Positions 21,828 to 31,068 are shown, counted from the stretch's first letter. The stretch is 36,651 nt of DNA from Verrucomicrobiota bacterium (GCA_038209745.1 JBBQXJ010000044.1:1-36651), one strand, 5' to 3'. Notes: a model not told the origin generated them from the sequence alone. Numbers and translations are program-made.

Positions 21828-22505
21828 TCACGGCGCTTCGTAGATCCGCTTCAATTCGTCGAGCGGCTGGCCGAACCGGTATCCGAGGCTGACGCGCCAC
21901 ATGCGGGCGTAGGTGCGGAGGACGCCGAGTTTGCGGAACCTGCGCTCGGAGGTGACCACCGTGGCCGGCGCAAGGACGAGCCGGCCTTCGCGGCGCAGAC
22001 GGCGGCACAGCTCGAATTCTTCCATCAACACCATCTCCGGCACGCCGCCGATCCGCTCCAGCACATCGCGCCGGACGAAGAAGCCCTGATCGCCGAGGAC
22101 CAGTCCGCCGAGCTTGAGGCGGAACCAGCACTTTGGTCGCGAGCCCCGCATCAGCAGCGTCGGATGCCGGAACACTTTCCAGAAACCGCCGCCGACCACG
22201 CGTGGGTTGGCCAGTGCTTGGTGCAGCGCTTCGACCAGGTGGTCGGGAACCCAGGTGTCGGCGTGGAGAAAGACGATCACTTCACCCGAGGCGGCGGCCG
22301 CGCCGGCCCGGAGTTGGTGGCCGCGACCCGGCATGGTCTCGATCAATCTGGCTCCGGCCTGCGTGGCGATTTCTCGGGTCGCGTCAGTGCTGCCGCCATC
22401 GGCGACAATGGTTTCGTGAAGTCGTGGAAGCGCCCGCAGGCGCCGCAAGGTCTCTGGAAGCTCCACCGCTTCGTTCAGGGTCGGGATGACGATGGAAACC
22501 TTCAT
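21828..22505 (-). CDS. GT2 glycosyltransferase, TIGR04283-like
   Basis: SIVIPTLNE, ADGGSTD, FLHADT, GDQGFFV, LMEEFE, TSERRF. Confidence 0.88.
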   Translation of the reverse strand: MKVSIVIPTLNEAVELPETLRRLRALPRLHETIVADGGSTDATREIATQAGARLIETMPGRGHQLRAGAAAASGEVIVFLHADTWVPDHLVEALHQALANPRVVGGGFWKVFRHPTLLMRGSRPKCWFRLKLGGLVLGDQGFFVRRDVLERIGGVPEMVLMEEFELCRRLRREGRLVLAPATVVTSERRFRKLGVLRTYARMWRVSLGYRFGQPLDELKRIYEAP

Positions 22506-22543
22506 GGCGGGGCCCATTCGATGCGAGCCGGTCCGATGGGCGG

Positions 22544-22945
22544 CTACGGCTCGAAGTGGTTGAACGAATGCGGCAGAAGCCCGGCGACCGTGTGGTGTTG
22601 GACGACGGTCGGCTTGGCGGGATCCACCACATAGACCTCGGCGTCGGGCGCGTATTCCGCGAGCAGTTGCCGACAGGCTCCGCAGGGGGTGACCGCGCCC
22701 TTGGCCGCGACGGCCACGGCGACGAAGTCCTTTTCGCCCTCGGTCAGGGCCTTGAAGAGCGCGACCCGTTCGGCGCAGCAGGTGAGGCCGTAGCTGGCGC
22801 TCTCGACGTTGGCGCCGCCGATGATCCTGCCCTTGGCCGTGAGCAGCGCGGCGCCGACCCGGAACGCGGAGTAGGGCGCGACGGCGAAGGTGCGGGCCTT
22901 GATGGCGGCCCGGACGAGTTGACGCCGTTTATTTGGCGGCGTCAT
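22544..22945 (-). CDS. cdd: Cytidine deaminase (homotetrameric type)
   Basis: PYSAFRVGAAL, NVESASY, CAERVA, PCGACRQ. Confidence 0.95.
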   Translation of the reverse strand: MTPPNKRRQLVRAAIKARTFAVAPYSAFRVGAALLTAKGRIIGGANVESASYGLTCCAERVALFKALTEGEKDFVAVAVAAKGAVTPCGACRQLLAEYAPDAEVYVVDPAKPTVVQHHTVAGLLPHSFNHFEP

Positions 22946-23750
22946 GGAGTCGGGCGAATTCCGCGAGGAACTTCGCGATGGCCGGCGCCTGTTGCGCGGT
23001 GACGTCGAGCACTTCCTGGTGCGAGAGGGTGCCTTTGCCGAGACCGGCGGCGACGTTGGAGATGCACGAGATGCCGGCGACGCGCAGGCCGCATTGCCGG
23101 GCCACGATGGCCTCGGGCACGGTGCTCATGCCCACCGCATCGGCCCCGAGTCTGGCGAAGGCGCGGATCTCGGCGGGCGTCTCGTAGCTGGGACCGGAGA
23201 CGCCGAGATACACGCCGGGTTTGATGACGAGCTTGGCCAGCTTGGCGGCCTGGGTGCTGAGTTTCACCAGAGCGGGATCATAGACCTGGGTGAGATCGAC
23301 GAACTGGGCGCGGCCCGGGGCGGCGACCCCGCGGAGAGGATTGTCGCCCATCAGGTTGATGTGGTCGGTGAGCGCCATCAGCGTTCCCGGTTTGAGCGAG
23401 CGGTTGATGGCGCCGGCCGCGTTGGTCAGGAGGATGGTCTTGATCCCCAGTTCGGCCAGCGCCCGGATGGGATAGGTGATCCGCTCCATCGGCACGCCTT
23501 CGTAGTGGTGGGCGCGGCCTTTGAGCACGACGACGGAGGTGTCGCCAAAGCGTCCGAAGACGACCTTGCCGGCGTGGCCGCTGACGCCGACGGAAGGGAA
23601 TCCAGGGATCTCACGGAAGGGGATTTCCTTGGCCGCTTGGAACTCGCCGAGCGCATGCTGGAAGCCGCTGCCGAGGACCATGGCAAGGGTAGGGCGGAGG
23701 GCGGACTGTTTGCGAAGCTGCGAGGCGGTGTCGCGCGGGTCGAAATTCAC
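22929..23750 (-). CDS. punA: Purine nucleoside phosphorylase (trimeric PNP-I type)
   Basis: LGSG, GHAG, GRAHHYEG, TNAAG, GPSYETPAE, VGMSTVPE, SNVAAG. The GTG start at 23750 is inferred. Confidence 0.92.
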   Translation of the reverse strand: MNFDPRDTASQLRKQSALRPTLAMVLGSGFQHALGEFQAAKEIPFREIPGFPSVGVSGHAGKVVFGRFGDTSVVVLKGRAHHYEGVPMERITYPIRALAELGIKTILLTNAAGAINRSLKPGTLMALTDHINLMGDNPLRGVAAPGRAQFVDLTQVYDPALVKLSTQAAKLAKLVIKPGVYLGVSGPSYETPAEIRAFARLGADAVGMSTVPEAIVARQCGLRVAGISCISNVAAGLGKGTLSHQEVLDVTAQQAPAIAKFLAEFARLHDAAK

Positions 23751-23812
23751 GATGGGTTGACGGCTTGATTTGCTGCCCTGCTCACTTAGGGTCACCGGGC
23801 TTAAACGCAGCT

Positions 23813-24961
23813 ATGGAATTAAACAACGACGAAATCCGCCGTTATTCGCGCCACCTCATTCTCCCTGAGGTCGGGCTCGCCGGACAAAAGAAGATCAAGG
23901 CCACCAAGGTGCTCTGCATCGGAGCCGGAGGGCTCGGCTCGCCCATCGCGATGTATCTCGCGGCGGCCGGTATCGGGAAGATCGGCATCGTCGATTTCGA
24001 CACGGTCGACTTCTCGAATCTCCAGCGCCAGATCATCCACGGCACCTCCGACGTGGGCCGGCCCAAGGCCGAGTCCGCCAAGGAGACCATCGCGGGCATC
24101 AACCCCAACGTGGAGGTGGTCATCCACAACACCCGCATCAGCTCCGAGAACGCCCTCGATCTCGTGGGCCAATACGACATCGTGGTGGACGGCACGGACA
24201 ATTTCCCCACCCGCTACCTGACCAACGACGCCTGCGTGCTGCTGAAGAAGCCCAATGTCTACGGCTCCATTTTCCGGTTCGAGGGCCAGGCCAGCGTCTT
24301 CGCGCCGCATCTCGGCGGACCGTGCTACCGCTGTCTCTACCCCGAGCCGCCGCCACCGGGAATGGTCCCGAGCTGCGCCGAGGGCGGCGTGTTGGGCGTG
24401 CTCCCGGGCATCGTCGGCTGCATCCAGACGACCGAGATCCTCAAGCTGGCGCTCGGCAAGGGCAACTCCCTCATCGGCCGGCTGGTGCTGTTCAACGCGC
24501 TGGACATGAAGTTCCGCGAGCTGAAGCTCCGGCGGGATCCCGCCTGCCCGATCTGCGGGGACAATCCGACGATCAAGGAGCTCATCGACTACGAGATGTT
24601 CTGCGGCATTCTGCCCGAGCCGTTGAACCCGTCCCAGAACCCCGACGAGGTCACCGTCCATGACCTGAAGAAGGCCCTCGACGACCCGAAGCTGGGCATC
24701 AAGGTCATCGACGTGCGCGAGCCCGACGAGCAGCAGATCGCCCGGATCGGCGGCGTGCCGCTCCTCCCGCTCAGCCTCCTGCCCCAGCGGTTCACCGAGC
24801 TGGACGCGAACACGCAGATCTACATCTACTGCAAGAGCGGCATGCGCTCCATGAAGGCGCTCGTCTTCCTGCGCGAGCAGGGCTTCAAGCATGTGAAGAG
24901 CGTCAAGGGCGGCATCGGGGCCTGGTCCGACGAGATCGACCATTCGGTCCCAAAATATTGA
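23813..24961 (+). CDS. moeB: Molybdopterin-synthase adenylyltransferase MoeB with C-terminal rhodanese domain (MoeZ-type)
   Basis: RYSRH, GAGGLG, SNLQRQ, DGTDNF, PCYRC, CPICG; rhodanese segment IDVREP...YCKSGMRS. Confidence 0.93.
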   Translation: MELNNDEIRRYSRHLILPEVGLAGQKKIKATKVLCIGAGGLGSPIAMYLAAAGIGKIGIVDFDTVDFSNLQRQIIHGTSDVGRPKAESAKETIAGINPNVEVVIHNTRISSENALDLVGQYDIVVDGTDNFPTRYLTNDACVLLKKPNVYGSIFRFEGQASVFAPHLGGPCYRCLYPEPPPPGMVPSCAEGGVLGVLPGIVGCIQTTEILKLALGKGNSLIGRLVLFNALDMKFRELKLRRDPACPICGDNPTIKELIDYEMFCGILPEPLNPSQNPDEVTVHDLKKALDDPKLGIKVIDVREPDEQQIARIGGVPLLPLSLLPQRFTELDANTQIYIYCKSGMRSMKALVFLREQGFKHVKSVKGGIGAWSDEIDHSVPKY

Positions 24962-25162
24962 TCGAACGGGGAGCCGACGACGCACCCATCCCCGGTCGTG
25001 CCGCAGATCGCGGATTGTCAGTCGCCAAGGGCCCGACCCTTGGCGACTTTCCCTTTTGCAGGGAAACCGAATCAACAGATGTCGCGAAAATGGGCGAAAA
25101 GAGTGTGCTTTTCGATGAATGAAGGGAGAGCCGCACAACGTCGGATGCGGCGACGGACAACG

Positions 25163-25909
25163 ATGTATAGGCGATCAACGTGCGGACTTTCGGCGGCCTC
25201 GGCGGTGCTTGCAGTGTCGGGTATCTCCGTGTTCTGGCCGTCGGCATCCACGCTGACGGAAGGGACCAAGTGGGAATCGAGCGCCGCATTTGGCTTCACC
25301 GTGACGCAGGGCAACAGCGATACAATCCTCACTTTCCTCAACTTGGTCAGCACCAAGAAGTGGGCGAAAAACGAGGTGACGGCATCCGCTGCGATGACCT
25401 ATGGGCAGAACCAGGGTCGACGCACTTCCGACCACCAGAGATTCTCCCCCAAAACAACCGGTTGGTCTCGGAGAAGGCCTTCGTCTACGGCCGTCTGGAC
25501 GCGCTCCGGGACATCCTCGCCAACGTGGACGACAGCCTTACGTTCTCTCCGGGTGGGGGATATTACTTTTGGAAGGACCCCATCTGGGCTTCGTGCGGAT
25601 GGATCTCGGTCCCGGTTACATCATCGAAAACAAAGGCGGCGATATTTCATACCCCGTCACGCTGCGTGTCGCCGAACGGTTAGAATAAAAGGTCAACGAT
25701 CCCGTGAAGGTTGGCAGTCGCTGGAGGATTTGCCGGTCATCGACAAGTTCTCCATCTGCCGCATCGTCGGCGAGATCGGTTTGGAGACAAAGCGGATGAA
25801 GAGCCTCACGCTCCGCTCCTACACCCGGGATTCCTCCGACAAAAGCGTCGCCGACGGCAGGAAGGAAAACGACCTCATGTTCGTCACCCAAGCGGGCTTC
25901 AAGTTCAGA
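25163..25909 (+). pseudogene. DUF481/YdiY-like outer-membrane beta-barrel pseudogene
   Basis: Family-like segments are spread over three frames (KWESSAAFGFTVTQGNSDT; GGGYYFWK; LGPGYIIE; KENDLMFVTQAGFKF) with frameshifts and a stop. The start position is approximate. Confidence 0.7.
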
Positions 25910-25927
25910 CCCGAAGCGGGTGGAACC

Positions 25928-26851
25928 TCATCCCCAGATCTCGGACGAGCGAAGCTGCTTCAGCAGAAGTTCGTTCAGCGACGTGTCCGAGGCCACGGAG
26001 AAGAAGTGGACGCCGCGACCGGCGCAGAACTCCTTCAGCCGGCGCCGGAAATTCTCCACCGTCTGCTGGTAGGCCTTGAGCCGGAACTTTCCGAACGTCA
26101 CCTCCTGGGAGCCGCCCGTCTCGGAGTCCACCAGGCGCAGATCCCCGAAGCTCGACGGGTCCAGTTCCTCCCGGGCCAGCACCTGGATCGCGTTCACCTG
26201 GAAGCCGCGACTGACCAGCGCGTTCAGACCGTCCTCGTAGCCGGCGGGATCGAGAAAGTCGCTCAGGACAATTGCGACGCCGGAGTGCCGGGCCTCCATC
26301 GCGCCGCGCCGGAGGCAGTCGTTGAAGTTGGCGGTGCCGCCCACCCGGATCCGGGCCAGATGGTTGAAGTATTGCAGGGAGGACTTCTTGCCGCGCATCG
26401 AACGCAGGGCGCCCCGCGCGTTCAGCTCGGCGGTCTGGACGTCGGTGTCTCCGGCTCCGGGAGCGGCCGCCGGAAAGGGAACGACGCTGACACGGTCGAA
26501 GCCGCAGAGCGCGACGTAGCCGATGGCGGCGGCGACCTGGCGGGCAAAGTCGAACTTCGAAGGCTCGCCGAATCCCATCGAATCGCTCGCGTCGAGAAAG
26601 ATCCGGACCGGGAGTTCGCGCTCTTCTTCGTAGAGCTTGAGGAAAAGCCGGTCGAGTCGACCGAAGAGGTTCCAGTCGAGGTAGCGGAGGTCGTCGCCGG
26701 AAACGTAGTTCCGGTAGTCGGCGAACTCGACCGATTGGCCGCGGGCTCGGCTGCGGCGTTCGCCCTTGGCGGAGCTCTTCGCGCGGCGGGCCGCCAACAG
26801 CTGGAACTGTTCAAGCCTCCGCAGCAGGTCCGGGGTCAGCAAGGCACTCAT
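25928..26851 (-). CDS. DUF58 domain protein (VWA-like, MoxR-associated family)
   Basis: GQSVEFADYRNYVSGDDLRYLDWN, LDASDSM, VLSDFL. Confidence 0.92.
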   Translation of the reverse strand: MSALLTPDLLRRLEQFQLLAARRAKSSAKGERRSRARGQSVEFADYRNYVSGDDLRYLDWNLFGRLDRLFLKLYEEERELPVRIFLDASDSMGFGEPSKFDFARQVAAAIGYVALCGFDRVSVVPFPAAAPGAGDTDVQTAELNARGALRSMRGKKSSLQYFNHLARIRVGGTANFNDCLRRGAMEARHSGVAIVLSDFLDPAGYEDGLNALVSRGFQVNAIQVLAREELDPSSFGDLRLVDSETGGSQEVTFGKFRLKAYQQTVENFRRRLKEFCAGRGVHFFSVASDTSLNELLLKQLRSSEIWG

Positions 26852-26999
26852 GGCGTCGGCGAAAAGATGGCGGAACACCCGCCGGAGGCGAGCACAACCT
26901 GCGGCGCCGATGGCGATCACCGTGGATCCCGCTTTCTTGAGCTCGCCGCAATTCTACATTCTCCACCACGACCCGGACGAAACCGATCACCGTCACGCT

Positions 27000-27661
27000 G
27001 GACGGTCCGTTGCTGGAGGCGAGGAACCCCAGGGCGACCGAGTGTCCAGTCGATCGTTACGGGAACCAAACCGCCCAGCCGCAGACGCACGGACAAATTC
27101 GGCGCGTCGATCGGCGTGCGGGTGTTGCCGATGACCTCGGTGCCGACGTCCAGCAGCGCGAGGTTGATCAACTCCGTCGGGCTGAGGTTGAGGTCGAAAG
27201 CCAGTTCGGTGAGCGCCAGATCGGTGCGCAGGCGCAAAGGGACCGAGTGGGTTTCGCCGCCGAAGACGTTGGTTGATCCGACCGCCAGGATGAAGTCGGC
27301 CGTCGTGTCGCGGACGACCACGCTGAAGGTCTTGGTGCCGCCGAGGGGAGGAACACCGTTGTCGGCTGCGACGAGGGTGATCTGGTTCGTGCTCGGGCCC
27401 GTCCCCCTGGAAGCGCCGTTGGTCACGGTGGCGACGGGTGCATTGGAGCCGTGCCTGAACCGCAACGTGTCGGGGAAGTCGCGCAGGTCGGGCACGCCGT
27501 TCGCCAGGAAGTCCGGCAGTCCGTCCCCCCCGCGAATGGTCCGCCTGGACAATGTGGATCATCTCGTGGATCTCCAGCCGGTCGATCAACGGCAGGCGGG
27601 CATTGCCGAGACCGTCGACGTGTTCGAAGGATGCGTTGTAGCCGGTGAACAATCCCAGCAA
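27000..27661 (-). pseudogene. Remnant of a large secreted/adhesin-like protein gene
   Basis: Frameshifted fragments GLFTGYNASFEHVDGLG...IHEMIH and DGLPDFLAN..PD..D.PDTL, then Ig/cadherin-like GPSTNQITLVAADNGVPPL..TFSVVV. No signal peptide or proper start; boundaries approximate. Confidence 0.55.
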
Positions 27662-27747
27662 CGAACTCTTGAAGAGCCAGCGGCCGACCTTGTGCGCGCC
27701 GGGGGCGATGTCGCCAGAGTTGCTGTTCGTTTGGCAGAGAGTTGTCC

Positions 27748-27776
27748 GGCGGCTTGGCCGTCGCCAGCGCCCTACC
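27748..27776 (-). repeat. REP-like element, copy 2
   Basis: GGCGGCTTGGCCGTCGCCAGCGCCCTACC, 25/29 identical to 759-787. Confidence 0.6.
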
Positions 27777-27790
27777 GCACCCCCTTGGAT

Positions 27791-28024
27791 TCAGCCCCTT
27801 TTGCTGCGTCGGCCTCTGCTCCTCACTCCGTTGCAGGAGAGAAGGGTGGACTTGGCGTCGTTGTAGGCCGTCTCCAGCGTGTTCGATTCGTCCGCCAGCG
27901 CCGCCAGCGAAGGCGTCGGCGTGGGGAAATCGGGATTGCCGGTCATGGCTTGCGAGATCGGGCGGCCGAATTGGATCTTGTCGGACACGGACAGGCGGTT
28001 GAGGCGCAGTTTGATCAGGCTCAA
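27791..28024 (-). pseudogene. Truncated 5' fragment of a helical protein of a type often fused to FN3 domains
   Basis: MTGNPDFPTPTPSLAAL motif followed by an amphipathic helix; the sequence stops looking coding-like after about 60 codons. Confidence 0.45.
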
Positions 28025-28171
28025 GATTTTTTCCTCATTGGGTTACCGGGACCGCGCCGGGCGAAGCCCACCGCGGTTTGTTATCGGGAATGCAGTCCAA
28101 TAGCCGGCACGACTTCACGCCATCACCCGGCAAGAATGTCCGGGTGGATCCCACCCGTGTTGGTCTGGACT

Positions 28172-28361
28172 GGAACGATGCAGTGGAAATGAATGGCGAT
28201 CGCGGCCGCCCCGGCTGCCGTCCGGCGCGCCCCGCGCCGGACACGGACGCGTCCTCGGACCCACCCGGCGGTGAATCTTTTCCTGCGCCTCCATTGGATC
28301 GCGAGGGCGCGGTCCAATGCGCCAGGGGCGGGCGCGCTCCCCATCCCCACTGCGTCGTTCC
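28172..28361. mobile_element. 190-bp REPIN/MITE-like element
   Basis: Terminal inverted repeats GGAACGATGCAGTGG (28172-28186) and CCACTGCGTCGTTCC (28347-28361), 14/15 match; internal hairpins at 28220-28242 and 28292-28319. Confidence 0.7.
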
Positions 28362-28462
28362 GTCGGAAATGGCCGGTTGTGCCTCTCACCCGGAGCCGTG
28401 TTGGGGTGGATTGGAACGATGTGAGGCTACTTTCGGGTCGTGTTGAAAAACTCGGAGACAGT

Positions 28463-30922
28463 TTAGGCCTGCCCGGGGCCGATGTAGACGAGAGAAGGGA
28501 GAACCATCACAAGAAACGCGCGTTTGTTCACCCGTTCGACGTAGGCATCCCAACCCTCCTTGCCGTGCAGCAACCCGTAGGGAGTCAGCTTGCCTTTTTC
28601 CTTGGTGTGGTTCACGTCGTGCGTGGTCAGCACATAGTTCACCGCCGCATCCGGGCCACCAACCGAGCGGGGCACGATGTGGTCGATCTCGTATTCGTCC
28701 AGCTTGGTCTCGCAAAGCGGCTGGCCGGTGTAGAGGCAGATGCCGCCTTGGGCTTTGAACAACTCGTAACGCAAACCGGAGGAGCGGGAATCCAAGCCAA
28801 GTTCCGCCGCCTTCTCGCGTGACGTCTTGCGCTCCTTTTCACGGTCATCGAGGAAGCGTTGGTAATTTGCGGCAGCCTCCTTGCCCATGAAGTCCTCTCG
28901 GACGAACTCCAGCACGATGCTGTCGGGAATACCGAAGCCGTCAAACTTGTGGGGATTCTTCTTGTCGCCGAATTGGAGAAACTCCAACCGCTCGGCAAAA
29001 ACGCCAAGCCGATGCCGCACGATGGGGTCGTTGACGGTGCCAAGCAGGTCTCGGATGGCGGCTTCGGAATCCAGCTTGGCGTCCTCGGTGTGCCGGCCCT
29101 TGAGCGCTTCGAGCGTCTGCGAGGGGACGAAGATGTTCTCCCATGAGTCAGGACTGTTGTCGTCCCTCCGCATTTGGAGCAGGAAGTGGAGTTCTGACAA
29201 GAGCAAGCCCCGTTTGCGGCTCTCGGTGTTCTCGGCCTCCGTCGAGCCGGCGAACAAGGCCAGCGGCTTGTCAGGAGCCGAGCCGAGCTTGGCCAGGAGT
29301 TCAGGTTCACGGCTCTTCAACCGTGCATGGAAGGCGGATGGAGCGTTCCCAGAAAGGATGAGTTCCTTGAGGATGCGGAGGGCGACGCGGGAGTAGGCGC
29401 TGCGGCCGGATGCCTTGGGCGCCTTCACTTCCTCGTGTCCGGGCAGAGGCTTCAGGTCCGGCCGGTTCAGCTTCTTCCGGTGGCCCCATTCCGTTTTGGT
29501 GAGGGCGAAGCACTTGGCGACCATGTCGGGCCAGCTCTTGGCGAACTCGCCCGTGGAGCTGACCAGTTTGCCGGCTTTGAGCTCCTGGAGGGCATCGGCG
29601 AAGATGTCCCGGACTTCCTGCGGCAAAAGCTTGCGCTGGCCCTTCTCCGAATCGCCTACGAGCAAGTTTTTGAGCTTCATCAGGAAGGTGACTTCGGTGG
29701 AGAGCAGGGATTCGGGAACCGGCTTCCCTGTCTGCCGGTCTATTCGCACGTCCAACTTGCAGACGTGGAAGCGGGGGATGAGCACGCAGTCGTTGAGGAT
29801 GCGGTTGTCGAACTTGGGAGTCTTCTGTCCGAGAGCGGCCATCCATTCCTCGAAGGTGCCGGTGCGGAGCCCGGCCGCTTTGCGCTGGCTCAAGAACGCC
29901 TCGAACGTGCTTTCGTCCGGCGTTCCACCCGGACCGTCGCAAAGGAACTCGCCGAAGTTTTTGGCGCGAACCGGATAGGTCAGCACCGTCGTCGTGACAG
30001 GATGCGTACAGGTCCATCCTTCGCACTGCCAGCGCGCGAAGGCATCGCCCAGCGCGGGAAGAATTTTGGCGGCCTCATCTCCGAGCTTGATGAGTTCCTT
30101 GCGAACATCCGCGCGGTCGAAACGAACGTTGCGCGTGCTGCCGGCGACGTGGGTCACACGGGTTTCGAGCTTGTCGGGTGCGGCGGGATTCCATAGGCCC
30201 ATCTGGAAGGCGTCATAGTAGCACGGCAGGTGGTGTTCACGAGCGATCGGCTTGCGCTGCGGGTCATGCGTCTCGTCCTCGCTCTGCTTGAAGCCGCGCT
30301 TTAATTTCTTCCACCCTGCTTCGCCTGCCAAATCCTGAGCCTCGTCCTCCTTTGCTTTTACCGGTGCGCGTGCCGTCTCTTTCGCTGCCCAAGGCACCTT
30401 TCCGTAGCCGCGCCTTTGGAGCGCGGAACGGAGCGCTTTGTAAATTTGCCATTCGTGGAGCGAACCCTCGCTTCGCAGCAGGCGGATGCGGAGAAGGCAG
30501 GAGGTGTAGCAGGTGTTGTCGTCGACCTTGGCGAACTCCCGCTCGAGTCGCGGGTCAGCGTTGGCCACCTGTTGCCAGCGGCCTTTCCGTTTGGACCACT
30601 CGGACTCGGGAATCGGTTTGCCGGCCTCATCCACTTTGCCGACCTGGCGTCCGCGCAGCGGCGATAGGCCGGCCGCGGTCCACACCGTCTCCAGCCAGCG
30701 TTCGCGGGCGTGGTGCGCCTCGCGGGTCTTCAGCGCGCGGTATTTGTTGGCGGGCGAACCCGAAGCGGTGGCCGGCCCCCGGCGGGCCAAGTCTGCCGGA
30801 ATCAGGAGCGACTCGACGTGCGGAAACGAATTGTCTGAGGTTCTGCGAACCGCTTCGCCGATAGACCCTTTGCCTAGGTCGAAAGCCCAGATCGTTTCAC
30901 CAAGCAGGGGAATGCTCTCCAT
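28463..30922 (-). CDS. cas9: Divergent Cas9, C-terminally truncated after HNH (possibly a pseudogene)
   Basis: RuvC-I WAFDLGKGSIG (D15), basic bridge helix, LRIRLL...ALQRRGY REC signature, RuvC-II IVLEFVRE, LFKAQGGICLYTG and HNH YEIDHIVPRS...NYVL.....N..K. No RuvC-III, WED or PAM-interacting region. Confidence 0.85.
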   Translation of the reverse strand: MESIPLLGETIWAFDLGKGSIGEAVRRTSDNSFPHVESLLIPADLARRGPATASGSPANKYRALKTREAHHARERWLETVWTAAGLSPLRGRQVGKVDEAGKPIPESEWSKRKGRWQQVANADPRLEREFAKVDDNTCYTSCLLRIRLLRSEGSLHEWQIYKALRSALQRRGYGKVPWAAKETARAPVKAKEDEAQDLAGEAGWKKLKRGFKQSEDETHDPQRKPIAREHHLPCYYDAFQMGLWNPAAPDKLETRVTHVAGSTRNVRFDRADVRKELIKLGDEAAKILPALGDAFARWQCEGWTCTHPVTTTVLTYPVRAKNFGEFLCDGPGGTPDESTFEAFLSQRKAAGLRTGTFEEWMAALGQKTPKFDNRILNDCVLIPRFHVCKLDVRIDRQTGKPVPESLLSTEVTFLMKLKNLLVGDSEKGQRKLLPQEVRDIFADALQELKAGKLVSSTGEFAKSWPDMVAKCFALTKTEWGHRKKLNRPDLKPLPGHEEVKAPKASGRSAYSRVALRILKELILSGNAPSAFHARLKSREPELLAKLGSAPDKPLALFAGSTEAENTESRKRGLLLSELHFLLQMRRDDNSPDSWENIFVPSQTLEALKGRHTEDAKLDSEAAIRDLLGTVNDPIVRHRLGVFAERLEFLQFGDKKNPHKFDGFGIPDSIVLEFVREDFMGKEAAANYQRFLDDREKERKTSREKAAELGLDSRSSGLRYELFKAQGGICLYTGQPLCETKLDEYEIDHIVPRSVGGPDAAVNYVLTTHDVNHTKEKGKLTPYGLLHGKEGWDAYVERVNKRAFLVMVLPSLVYIGPGQA

Positions 30923-31068
30923 TTGATAGGATTAGATGTGCAATGCGCCCACAAATGCAAGGCCCTCGGAAGGCGGACATTAGGCAGAATTCCACGACGG
31001 GGTTTCAAGCCGAGTCACACTCAACGGCTTGGTGAGAAGATTTGAGCAGGAGGGTAGGGAGTATCGCC

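Noticed and set aside
24998..28192. 1064-aa ORF on the + strand
   Set aside because: It is a chance open frame: pieces of the DUF481 pseudogene joined to the antisense of DUF58 and other remnants, with no coherent domain.
28030..28460. CRISPR array beside cas9
   Set aside because: There are no three or more equal-length repeats with 30-40-nt spacers; only two imperfect repeats 241 bp apart.
30991..31035. Possible tRNA fragment upstream of cas9
   Set aside because: No cloverleaf, T-loop consensus or CCA end on either strand.
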